Assembly (NCBI GenBank): GCA_963661055.1
Contig: CAVLAC010000001.1
Coordinates: 1 to 42,719, forward strand
Origin: a bacterium
GTDB taxonomy: Bacteria > Verrucomicrobiota > Kiritimatiellia > RFP12 > UBA1067
Direction: 5' to 3'
DNA: 42,719 nucleotides
Within the stretch, counting starts at the first letter, position 1. Every line of letters begins with the position of its first letter. Under the pieces are notes generated by a model that worked only from the letters and a program-made list of their open reading frames with translations, did no database searches and was not told where the DNA came from. Below, one piece after another: positions 10,176-17,907 of the stretch. The translations under genes were made by a program, and so were the position numbers.

Positions 10176-11306
10176 TTATGAACGGATGTGCACTTTTATT
10201 GTGCCCGCCACGGGTTTCTCAGAAATGAGGATCAGGTAGCCGCCGCCGCCCGCACCCGTCAACTTCCAGCCCAGAACAGAGTCCTTGAGCTTTTCGATAG
10301 TATCTTTTACCTCCTGCGTCGCGGCATTTGGGAACATCTCGAGTTGTGCCGCGAAACACGCCTTCGTTGCCGCGCCCCACGCCTTTACATCGTGCGCGAG
10401 AATTGCCTGCCAAGCCGCCTCAGAGGACGCGGCAAGTGCTTTCGCGGACGCGGCATTTACATTGTTATTGGCGAAAACATCATAAGTACCACAGCGCGGC
10501 GAAACCTGCATCAGGTAGAGGTGCTCCTCAATAAAGCGCAAGGTCTCGTCATTCGTAATCGTCTCAATGGACTTCGGCCAGTAGCCCGCGTCATAATTGA
10601 GCTTGTTGAGCCCTGGCATAAGAATACCCAATTGGTCTTGAGAGCCCGAAATGTGGGTCGAACCTGGCGGATTTTCCACTCCAAAGAGGATTTTCGCATT
10701 ATGCTCGGGGTCGCCGTGGGGCAATTCGGTCTGCCAAAGTTCAATAGCCTTATTGCGGCTTGAGGTCGCCATACCACTGCGCTCATTAAAGTCGTGGTCA
10801 GGATGAATCGAAATCGTCAAAACCGCGCCCGGGCAAAGCTTGTTCACGAAAGGTTGGTCGAGCCAACCGCCGCAAAGCTCAACGCGAAACGGAATCCGAC
10901 AGACACTTCTAATAGAGGTAGTCGATCGCGCAGGCAACCCCGCACTCGGGATGCGCTCGGCAACAACGAGTTTAATGCCGCGCTCCTTGCAAAAACGCTC
11001 TTTATCGGGGGTAAAGCCATCCGAATTCACGAAAAAGATGTCAGGTTTTAGGGCATCGACTTCCTTTTCAAAGTCCATCAGCCCCATACCCGAATTGATC
11101 CACGCGTCTTTCACATAACGAATCGCCTTAACCATATAAAGGCGTTCCGCGTCACTATTGATGGTGCGGCGTCCCTTGAGAGCATAGATATTGCGGTCGC
11201 TCCCAAGCCCCACATAAAGGTCGCCCAACTTCGCCGCCTCAGCAAAGAATGCCACGTGCCCCGAATGGAGCATATCATAACAGCCACTAACAAAGACTTT
11301 TGCCAT
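10176..11306 (-). CDS. Fusion protein: cytidylyltransferase-like nucleotidyltransferase (HldE domain II / TagD-like) plus GHMP-family sugar kinase
   Basis: 376 aa. The N-terminal ~135 aa carry VFVSGCYDMLHSGHVAFFAEAAKLGD (the (H/T)xGH nucleotidyltransferase motif). The C-terminal part has GHMP motif II-like ERSGMATSS and motif III KLTGAGGGGY. Confidence 0.7.
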   Translation of the reverse strand: MAKVFVSGCYDMLHSGHVAFFAEAAKLGDLYVGLGSDRNIYALKGRRTINSDAERLYMVKAIRYVKDAWINSGMGLMDFEKEVDALKPDIFFVNSDGFTPDKERFCKERGIKLVVAERIPSAGLPARSTTSIRSVCRIPFRVELCGGWLDQPFVNKLCPGAVLTISIHPDHDFNERSGMATSSRNKAIELWQTELPHGDPEHNAKILFGVENPPGSTHISGSQDQLGILMPGLNKLNYDAGYWPKSIETITNDETLRFIEEHLYLMQVSPRCGTYDVFANNNVNAASAKALAASSEAAWQAILAHDVKAWGAATKACFAAQLEMFPNAATQEVKDTIEKLKDSVLGWKLTGAGGGGYLILISEKPVAGTIKVHIRS

Positions 11307-11323
11307 TACTTAATCCCCTCCTC

Positions 11324-12301
11324 TTATAGAGCTCCCGTGATAAGCGAACCAAAGGTCGAAATCGGGGTCGTATCGCGGTAATTGTCGATAACTTGCCGAA
11401 TATCCTTGATAAGTCCGTTTACTTCATCATATAGCGCGGGGTCAGCAACGAGCTTGCCAAGCGTGCCCTCGCCCGCCTTGAGTTTATCGGCGACTTCATT
11501 AAGGGAAGCAAGTAGCTTATTCGCCCCCGCAAAAGTCTCCGACGCGTCAAAAGATTCGCACGCCTTCTTAAATGCCGCGAGAGAGGACTCAAGTTGACCC
11601 GCCATCGGATCATTCGCCGCGAGAAGGCGCCCGAGGAGTCCCTGCCCTTGGCGAAGGCAGTCCGAAATCTCCTTCGCATTGGCTACGGTGGCATCTAAAT
11701 TGTCGTAGAGTTTGGTATCAGGGGACATCAGCTTACCGAGCGTGCCTTCGCCGCGCTCAAGTCTAGAGGAAAGTTCCTTAATTGCCGCGCTCGCCGCCGC
11801 GAGATTCGTGACAATAGTGCGAAGTTCACTTCCCGAAACGGCTTCGTTAAGGTTATGGGCTATTTCGGCGACCTCATTCATCCAGTCTGTGGGTTTCGTG
11901 CCAGTGAAGAGCGTCTCCTTAAGCGAAAGAACTTCGCCCTTGCCTTCTTCTAAAAGGAGGTAGTAGCCGCCGAGCATTGAAAGATTACGAATGCTTATCG
12001 TATAACCTTCTCTAAGGACGACATTTTGGTCAATTTCGGCACTTACCACAAGATTTGTCGGGGTGAGCTGTATCTTCTCGACCGAGCCGACCTTTGTGCC
12101 GCGATACATAACTGTGTCGCTCTCTTTGAGACCTCCAACATCCGTAAAGACGACTTGGGCACAGACCCTCTTACGCCCCCTTAGGACATCTACCCCCGAT
12201 ATAACTATCGTAAAATAGACGAGAGCGGCTAAAACTACGAGCATAAAGAGTCCGACAACGAACTCGGCAAAGACATCATTTTTGCGTGAACTCATGACCA
12301 T
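11324..12301 (-). CDS. mlaD: MlaD/MCE-domain substrate-binding protein of the Mla-type ABC transporter
   Basis: 325 aa. N-terminal TM anchor, MCE domain (GGLKESDTVMYRGTKVGSVEKIQL) and a long helical C-terminus. 10-nt overlap with mlaF. Confidence 0.82.
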   Translation of the reverse strand: MVMSSRKNDVFAEFVVGLFMLVVLAALVYFTIVISGVDVLRGRKRVCAQVVFTDVGGLKESDTVMYRGTKVGSVEKIQLTPTNLVVSAEIDQNVVLREGYTISIRNLSMLGGYYLLLEEGKGEVLSLKETLFTGTKPTDWMNEVAEIAHNLNEAVSGSELRTIVTNLAAASAAIKELSSRLERGEGTLGKLMSPDTKLYDNLDATVANAKEISDCLRQGQGLLGRLLAANDPMAGQLESSLAAFKKACESFDASETFAGANKLLASLNEVADKLKAGEGTLGKLVADPALYDEVNGLIKDIRQVIDNYRDTTPISTFGSLITGAL

Positions 12302-13035
12302 TCTCCTTTCGCCGCGGCGAGAAATGCCTGGACCTCTGGATTTTGGGACTGGGTAAAATCATTGGGCTTGGCGCAGAGAACCGCGCGCCCTTTATCAAGT
12401 AACAGAATGTGGCTCGCCATACCAAGTGCCGCGCCGAGATTGTGGGTGACCACTATTGAAGTGAGCCCGCGCTCTTTATTGAGCTTAACTATGAGCCCGT
12501 TAATCGTCGCGGCAGTCACGGGGTCAAGTCCGCTCGTGGGCTCATCGTAAAGGACGACATCCGTCTTGCGCACAATTGCCCGCGCCAAACCCGCACGCTT
12601 CTGCATGCCGCCCGAAATCTCAGCTGGGAACTTCTCCGCGGCGTCCGTAAGCCCAACTGCCGCGAGGGCATCCTCTACCCGAACGGAAATTTCTTCTTCG
12701 CTCAAATTGGTAGTCTCCCGTAGGGGCAAAGCAACATTATCCCGAACCGTCATCCAGGCGAGAAGCGCACCACTCTGGAAAAGGTAGCCAATTCGACTGC
12801 GAATGCCCTCGAGTTCCTTGCCCGACGCGGCAGTTACATCGATGCCCTCAAAAAGAATGCGCCCCGCCGTCGGGGTCAAGAGCCGCACAATGTGCTTGAG
12901 CGTGACCGACTTACCCGTCCCTGAGGGACCCACAATGCAAAAGACCTCGCCCTTCTCAATCGAGAAGCTAAGTCCGTTCAAAACGGGCACCCCGTTGAAC
13001 TTCTTAACTACATTCTCGAACAAAATGAACGACAT
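12292..13035 (-). CDS. mlaF: ABC transporter ATP-binding protein (MlaF-like)
   Basis: 247 aa. Walker A GPSGTGKS, signature ISGGMQKR and Walker B VVLYDEP. Confidence 0.88.
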   Translation of the reverse strand: MSFILFENVVKKFNGVPVLNGLSFSIEKGEVFCIVGPSGTGKSVTLKHIVRLLTPTAGRILFEGIDVTAASGKELEGIRSRIGYLFQSGALLAWMTVRDNVALPLRETTNLSEEEISVRVEDALAAVGLTDAAEKFPAEISGGMQKRAGLARAIVRKTDVVLYDEPTSGLDPVTAATINGLIVKLNKERGLTSIVVTHNLGAALGMASHILLLDKGRAVLCAKPNDFTQSQNPEVQAFLAAAKGEWS

Positions 13036-13047
13036 GGGCTCCTTTTC

Positions 13048-13866
13048 TTAACGATAGCAGAGGCGAGTAATCATATACCCAAACATCAAAATAAGCAGAA
13101 ACGAACCAATCACGCTCCGCTGAGTGGAGCGTCCGACACCCGTTGCGCCGCGACTCGCCGAAAGCCCTTGGGCACAGGAAACCGCGCCAATAATTACCCC
13201 AAAGACGAGGGCTTTGACGAGTCCGACTACGAGATCTTTCGGTTCGGCAATAGAAATTGCGCTTGCCATATACTGCCCAAAGTCAATTCCGAGCTGGGTG
13301 ACCCCAACGAGTCCGCCACCCATTGTGCCGACCGCACAGCAATAGAACGCTAAGAGGGGAGCCATAACGACGAGGGCAAAAAGCCGAGGGGCTGCCAAAA
13401 ACCTAACGGGCGAAATGGACATTATCTCGAGCGCGGCAATTTCGTCGTTTATCTTCATTGTGCCTATTTCTGCCGCGATTGCCGACCCGACGCACGCGGC
13501 GAGGCACATTCCGCAACTAAACGGAGCCATCTCCCGAATAAGGGAGAGCATAACTGCCGCGCCCAAGTAGATTTCTTGGTTAAAACGCCGAAGTTCCAGC
13601 CCAATTTGTAGGGCGAGAATCATCCCTGTGAAGAGCGAAACTACCGTAATTACAGGAAGTACGCGAATTCCTGTAACATATAGCTGCCTCACCAAGTCTT
13701 GCCGCGAAATGGCGCGGCAAAGTACGCTCGGGAAGTAGGCGAAGGCTTCACCTAAAATGCGGAAAGCCCAGCCTAGTTGTGCTGGGATTTCTATTAGTTT
13801 CTGGACGAAGCCGCGCCGATAGGTGCGCGGTGCTTCATCCCACAACGGCTCGCGTACAACCGTCAT
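13048..13866 (-). CDS. mlaE: ABC transporter permease (MlaE-like)
   Basis: 272 aa polytopic protein with MlaE-like sequence (QLYVTGIRVLPVITVVSLFTGMILALQ). Adjacent to mlaF and mlaD. Confidence 0.85.
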   Translation of the reverse strand: MTVVREPLWDEAPRTYRRGFVQKLIEIPAQLGWAFRILGEAFAYFPSVLCRAISRQDLVRQLYVTGIRVLPVITVVSLFTGMILALQIGLELRRFNQEIYLGAAVMLSLIREMAPFSCGMCLAACVGSAIAAEIGTMKINDEIAALEIMSISPVRFLAAPRLFALVVMAPLLAFYCCAVGTMGGGLVGVTQLGIDFGQYMASAISIAEPKDLVVGLVKALVFGVIIGAVSCAQGLSASRGATGVGRSTQRSVIGSFLLILMFGYMITRLCYR

Positions 13867-13877
13867 CGCTTTAGGCG

Positions 13878-14555
13878 TTACTTCTTCGCGGGTTCAACGG
13901 ACTTTAATGCCTCGCTGACCGCGTCCTCCGAAACGGCGGGAGCCGCCTTGGCGGGACGCTCAATGAGGTCACGGGCATCCGCAATGCGCACCTTGAGAGC
14001 AAAATCGCTCGCGGCTTCCTTCTCCATTTTGTCAAGGAGGGCAAGTGCCGCGCTCTTATCACCCTTCGCCGCGAGGCAACGGGCTTCACCAAAGCGGGCG
14101 GTCGTCGCCAAGAAGCTCTTCGGCTTAGATTCCGCGAAGTTGGTGTAAAGAACAAGCGCGTCATCATACTTCTTGAGTGCCTCAAGGCACTGCGCCTTGC
14201 CAACAGCGGGAACATCCGCGAAGCCCTCGGGCGGATTCGCCTCAAGCTTTTCGTAGGTCTCAAGTGCCGCCTGGAACTCGCCCTTCATATAGAGCGCACT
14301 CGCGAGACGCATTTGCAGGGCAGGACCCGCCGCAGTCGCGGCATATTTCGCCGCCGCTTCCTCGAGTTCCTCGGTCGTCGTCGCCGAAAGGAGCGCTTCG
14401 CTCGAAGCTTCTTTCCTAGACGCATTTAAATGGGTGTAGCTGTAGTAGCCACCCACCATCATAAGCGCGATAGCGAGCCACATTACAGTAGACTTCCCAT
14501 CCTTTTCCCACCACTCAATGAGCGGGATCAGTTCTACAGGCGTTGATTTCTTCAT
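13878..14555 (-). CDS. Membrane-anchored TPR-like protein (YfgM-like architecture)
   Basis: 225 aa with a single TM helix (VMWLAIALMMVGGYY) followed by TPR-like helices. Confidence 0.5.
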   Translation of the reverse strand: MKKSTPVELIPLIEWWEKDGKSTVMWLAIALMMVGGYYSYTHLNASRKEASSEALLSATTTEELEEAAAKYAATAAGPALQMRLASALYMKGEFQAALETYEKLEANPPEGFADVPAVGKAQCLEALKKYDDALVLYTNFAESKPKSFLATTARFGEARCLAAKGDKSAALALLDKMEKEAASDFALKVRIADARDLIERPAKAAPAVSEDAVSEALKSVEPAKK

Positions 14556-15760
14556 TCGTTGGTTTCCTTTTCAATGTTACGGTCGTAGAAATCCGACCAC
14601 AAGTTCAAAACAGCTTCACTGCGTCCCTCGGAACGCGCGAGTATACGATTATAGTCGAGCGCATCGAGGAAATCACGGTTGTAAATAAAGCGACTCTTGC
14701 CGCGTGCCGGCGCCATAGAGAGGCGACGGACGCTTTCCATTATGCCTACCGCCGAGAAATAGACGGTTTTCGGTATCTTTATAGCCTCTAAGACGCTTTT
14801 CACGACTGCCCGCGCCGCCCCTTCTTTGCCGAACTCTTCGCAGGGACCCGTGCACAACAAGGCGACCCGCAGGGCATTCGTCGGCTCAAGCCCCCTCTTA
14901 CGGAGCATAAGTTCATACTTATCAAGTGCCGCGAGATGGCGCCAAAGGGGACTCTTTTCGCCACCCGTACGCTCTACATAGGCGGCGAGGGAAGGCAACA
15001 TATCGCCGAGCATTCCACTTTGCCACATCATCTGAAACGCGGCGGCGGAGTGCCCGTAGGCGAAGAGCCTAAAGACTTCCTCACAAACACGCGGAATCGC
15101 GGCAGTTAGAATGCAGGCGTGATGACGCTTAATCGCCGCCCATGTCTTCTTCTCAATCTTAAAACCAAGCCGCGCCGAGAACTTAATCGCCCGCATCATT
15201 CTCACGGGGTCTTCCTGAAAACGGATGTCTGGGTCGCCAATAGCCCGAATAATCTTCCTCTTCAGGTCGTCCATTCCGCCCACCCAGTCAATGACACTAA
15301 AGTCACGGATGTCATAGAAGAGCCCGTTTACCGTGAAGTCGCGGCGGTAAGCGTCCGTTTCGGGTGTCCCGAAAGTATTATCTTCCTGAGGGCCCTCTGC
15401 CGCGTGCTCAAGGATCTCGCCGACGGTCTGGGATTCGCGACGGAATGTCGCCGTCTCAATCACCTTCTCACCAAAGCGGATATGCGCCAAACGGAACCGC
15501 CGCCCAATAAGAAAGCAATTGCGAAATGCCTTACGGACCTCATTAGGCTTAGCCGAAGTGCCCACATCAAAGTCTTTCGGTTGGCGCCCCATTAACAGAT
15601 CCCGCACGCCGCCCCCGACCAGGTACGCCGTGTAGCCAAGCTCCGAAAGATGGTACAGTACTCTTAACGCGTCAGGGTCAATATTCTTACGCGAAATGCA
15701 GTGCTCCTGTCGTGGGTACACGACAGGCAAATTAGACTTCTTTCTCCTAAACAAAAACAT
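14552..15760 (-). CDS. pcnB: Poly(A) polymerase I / tRNA nucleotidyltransferase family (PcnB-like)
   Basis: Contains LVGGGVRDLLMGRQPKDFDVGTSAKPNEVRKAFRNCFLIGRRFRLAHIRFG, which is strongly PcnB-like. The ORF track starts at 15811. I prefer the ATG at 15760 (MFLFRRKK...) because a complete promoter, duplicated intergenically at 17725-17756, occupies 15767-15798. The start is uncertain. Confidence 0.85.
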   Translation of the reverse strand: MFLFRRKKSNLPVVYPRQEHCISRKNIDPDALRVLYHLSELGYTAYLVGGGVRDLLMGRQPKDFDVGTSAKPNEVRKAFRNCFLIGRRFRLAHIRFGEKVIETATFRRESQTVGEILEHAAEGPQEDNTFGTPETDAYRRDFTVNGLFYDIRDFSVIDWVGGMDDLKRKIIRAIGDPDIRFQEDPVRMMRAIKFSARLGFKIEKKTWAAIKRHHACILTAAIPRVCEEVFRLFAYGHSAAAFQMMWQSGMLGDMLPSLAAYVERTGGEKSPLWRHLAALDKYELMLRKRGLEPTNALRVALLCTGPCEEFGKEGAARAVVKSVLEAIKIPKTVYFSAVGIMESVRRLSMAPARGKSRFIYNRDFLDALDYNRILARSEGRSEAVLNLWSDFYDRNIEKETNE

Positions 15761-15766
15761 CCGTAA

Positions 15767-15798
15767 TATTATACCAAAACTGCCGCGCTCAAGCAAGG
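15767..15798 (-). promoter_or_regulatory. Promoter, copy 1 of a perfect 32-bp direct repeat (TTGCTT-17 nt-TGGTATAAT)
   Basis: The reverse complement is CCTTGCTTGAGCGCGGCAGTTTTGGTATAATA. The -35 is at 15791-15796 and the -10 at 15768-15773. The ATG at 15760 lies only 7 nt past the -10, so the transcript would be near-leaderless. Identical to 17725-17756. Confidence 0.55.
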
Positions 15799-15841
15799 AC
15801 ATTAACAACATTATCGTGTCGCCCGCACCCCCCGAGGCAAA

Positions 15842-16912
15842 TCAAACAACCTGCCAATATCCTCCTTTATCAGGGCCAACGCGGCGAATGAGATTAGCAT
15901 CTTTCAACTTACGGATGTTCCATTTTACGCCAATCAGAGAAAGCCCCGTCGCATTTGCCAATTCTGCAACGGTGATATCAGGCATAGCCCTCATTATAGA
16001 CAGGATTTTCTGTCCCGTTTTCTTGTTAGTTTTCTGTATAGTTTTCTGGTTAGTTTTCAGTATAGTTTTCTGTATAGTTTTCTGGTCAGTTTTCAGTATA
16101 GTTTTCAGGTCAGTTTCTACCTCGTCTGACTCGTAAGCCTTGCCTTTTGCCTTAAGAGTTCGTAGTATCTTATCGAGCATAAAGTCAATGAACGGCCCGC
16201 ACTCCCCAGCCGCTGTAGAAGCACGAATAGCCTGATAATATTCCTGCTGGTGCGCCCAGACAATGTTCTCAACGGGCGCGCCATAAAACTCCTTACGCCA
16301 AGAACCCAAAAGAACGGACTGCCAAAGCCGTCCTGTGCGTCCGTTGCCGTCGGGGAATGGGTGTATAAACTCAAACTCATAGTGAAATACGCAACTCTTT
16401 ACCAGTATGGGGTCATCGCTTTCCGTAAGCCACGCAAAGAGGTCTTTAACGAGCGTGGGAACATTTGCAAAAGGCGGCGCCATATGGACAACATTCCCGT
16501 AGCCGTCAATCACCCCTACATTGCAATTACGAAACTGTCCAGGATGGTCAACAAGGTCTTTCGTCATCAAGCCATGAGCCTTTAGAAGGTCATCCATTGA
16601 ATAGGGATTAAACGACTCAATCGCCTCATAAGCCGCGTGAGCACCCTTAATCTCGTCAATTTCGCGTTGCGGACCCACCACGCGCTTGCCCGCGAGAATA
16701 TCCGTAATCTGCTTTTCGGTAAGGGTATTACCCTCAATCGCCGTAGTGCCGCGAATCGTGCGGATGTGGTTAATCTTACGAAGGCGAACACCATTGGGGC
16801 CTTCGAGGATAATCCTATAGCGTTCGATGGCGGCGGCAATCTCAGCAATCAGATTCATTGCCTTGCCACTCACCTTATAAGGCGGAATATATTTCTCTAT
16901 ACTCATTGCCAC
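15842..16912 (-). CDS. Fic-domain protein (class II, N-terminal inhibitory helix) with a C-terminal winged-helix DNA-binding domain
   Basis: 356 aa. Fic active-site motif HPFPDGNGRTGR. N-terminal inhibitory (S/T)xxxE(G/N) motif TTAIEGN. The C-terminus ILSIMRAMPDITVAELANATGLSLIGVKWNIRKLKDANLIRRVG is wHTH-like. Confidence 0.88.
   Translation of the reverse strand: MAMSIEKYIPPYKVSGKAMNLIAEIAAAIERYRIILEGPNGVRLRKINHIRTIRGTTAIEGNTLTEKQITDILAGKRVVGPQREIDEIKGAHAAYEAIESFNPYSMDDLLKAHGLMTKDLVDHPGQFRNCNVGVIDGYGNVVHMAPPFANVPTLVKDLFAWLTESDDPILVKSCVFHYEFEFIHPFPDGNGRTGRLWQSVLLGSWRKEFYGAPVENIVWAHQQEYYQAIRASTAAGECGPFIDFMLDKILRTLKAKGKAYESDEVETDLKTILKTDQKTIQKTILKTNQKTIQKTNKKTGQKILSIMRAMPDITVAELANATGLSLIGVKWNIRKLKDANLIRRVGPDKGGYWQVV
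16001..16120 (-). repeat. In-frame 12-nt tandem repeat (about 10 units, 7 well conserved) encoding a (Q/L)KT(I/N/D) linker inside the fic gene
   Basis: Plus-strand units are tatagttttctg / gttagttttcag / gtcagttttcag and similar. The protein segment is VETDLKTILKTDQKTIQKTILKTNQKTIQKTNKKTGQKIL, lying between the Fic domain and the wHTH. Confidence 0.85.
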
Positions 16913-16941
16913 TTCCTCCTATTTCTGTTTCCTAGTTACCC

Positions 16942-17688
16942 TCATTCATTTGCGGCGAGGGGGGTGGTGCGGCGGGCGACTTGTTCGGGGGCGTTGGCGG
17001 CAGTGCCGACGCGCGAAGAGAGGGTGATAGTAATCTCAGCCTTATCAGGTGCCGCGTCAAGTTCGCTGGGCCACGTGAAAGTCATCATTGTTGCCGACTT
17101 AGACTCGGGCTCAACTCTAACGCTTTGAGTCTTGCCCTTCTTATCTACCCAACTAAACTCAGCATAATCGCCGCGCGCGGCATCATAATACTGGAAGTTC
17201 TTTCCTGTAATGACAATGTCGTGCCCTCGTAAGAGCTCTTTGCTCGCGGCATCATAACTATTAAGGTTGTAAATGTAAAGCCGCCCCTCGAGCTTATCAA
17301 CATTCTCCCATTCCATGTCGCTTATCTTGTTCTGGAAGTTGCTCAGGGGTGTTACCGTCATATGGTAGCCATTATCGGCACCCAAACGCCGCGTTTCTTT
17401 GTCTACAGAGCCATCTAATTCACCATGAAAGCGTAGCCACCCATCTAAAGAGACCGTGACACCTTGCCTATCAAGCTCTTTAATGGCACTAAATATGGCT
17501 TTGATATTACCAATAATATCTTCTCTCTTCCCCTTAAGATAGTTGTTTGCAATAGCGTAGTCAACAACCTGCTGAAACGAGTAGGTTTGACGATCTACGG
17601 CAACAGGGCGAAGCGACTCTTTGCCCGTGCCAGGGTGTAATTTGCGAATGACTCGATAATGAACTATGTTTCCTTTGCTCTCGCTCAT
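16942..17688 (-). CDS. Hypothetical protein resembling HU-like (HU-HIG type) DNA-binding domain plus DUF4469-like Ig-fold C-terminal domain
   Basis: 248 aa. The N-terminal segment VHYRVIRKLHPGTGKESLRPVAVDRQTYSFQQVVDYAIANNYLKGKREDIIGNIKAIFSAIKELDRQGVTVSLDGWLRF matches my recollection of Bacteroidetes HU-like/DUF4469 proteins. Not verifiable here. 29-nt gap to fic. Confidence 0.45.
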   Translation of the reverse strand: MSESKGNIVHYRVIRKLHPGTGKESLRPVAVDRQTYSFQQVVDYAIANNYLKGKREDIIGNIKAIFSAIKELDRQGVTVSLDGWLRFHGELDGSVDKETRRLGADNGYHMTVTPLSNFQNKISDMEWENVDKLEGRLYIYNLNSYDAASKELLRGHDIVITGKNFQYYDAARGDYAEFSWVDKKGKTQSVRVEPESKSATMMTFTWPSELDAAPDKAEITITLSSRVGTAANAPEQVARRTTPLAANE

Positions 17689-17724
17689 GTCTTTGACCAG
17701 CCTTTCTTAGCAATCAAGTACTTC

Positions 17725-17756
17725 TATTATACCAAAACTGCCGCGCTCAAGCAAGG
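17725..17756 (-). promoter_or_regulatory. Promoter, copy 2 of the 32-bp direct repeat, driving the HU-like/fic pair
   Basis: Identical 32 nt to 15767-15798. The -10 TATAAT (17726-17731) lies 37 nt upstream of the ATG at 17688. Confidence 0.55.
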
Positions 17757-17767
17757 GGACAAAATAA

Positions 17768-17841
17768 GACCGCGGTCTTAAAAAATATGACTGCGGTCTT
17801 AGAAAATATGACCGCGGTGTTTTGCCCGAGAGACCGCAGTC
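17768..17841. promoter_or_regulatory. Array of four palindrome-containing repeats (GACCGCGGTC-type) at 21-22 bp spacing; candidate operator/UAS upstream of the islet promoter
   Basis: gaccgcggtc at 17768, gactgcggtc at 17789, gaccgcggtg at 17810 and gaccgcagtc at 17832. The first two units are near-identical 21-mers (gacYgcggtcttaRaaaatat). Confidence 0.5.
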
Positions 17842-17907
17842 TCTTCTAGCTCGCCTCCTAAGACCCTACCCCCCGAGAACTTGGGCGAGGCTCCCGCCTG
17901 TCTTGAA

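Larger units (their letters stand above)
15799..17724 (-). other. Low-GC two-gene islet (Fic plus HU-like protein) between the two promoter-repeat copies; probable horizontal acquisition
   Basis: Visibly more AT-rich than the flanks: sampled 60-nt lines are ~42% GC versus ~60% in housekeeping genes. Bracketed by 32-bp perfect direct repeats, with a further shared 10-mer ACCCCCCGAG (15827-15836 and 17868-17877). Adjacent to the tRNA/tmRNA cluster. No integrase is present. Confidence 0.45.

Noticed and set aside
15767-17877. A classical integrase-mediated genomic island, transposon or prophage at the tRNA/tmRNA locus.
   Set aside because: There is no integrase, transposase, excisionase or phage gene. 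The flanking repeat is a promoter rather than a tRNA 3' fragment or terminal inverted repeats. I keep it only as an islet of unknown insertion mechanism.
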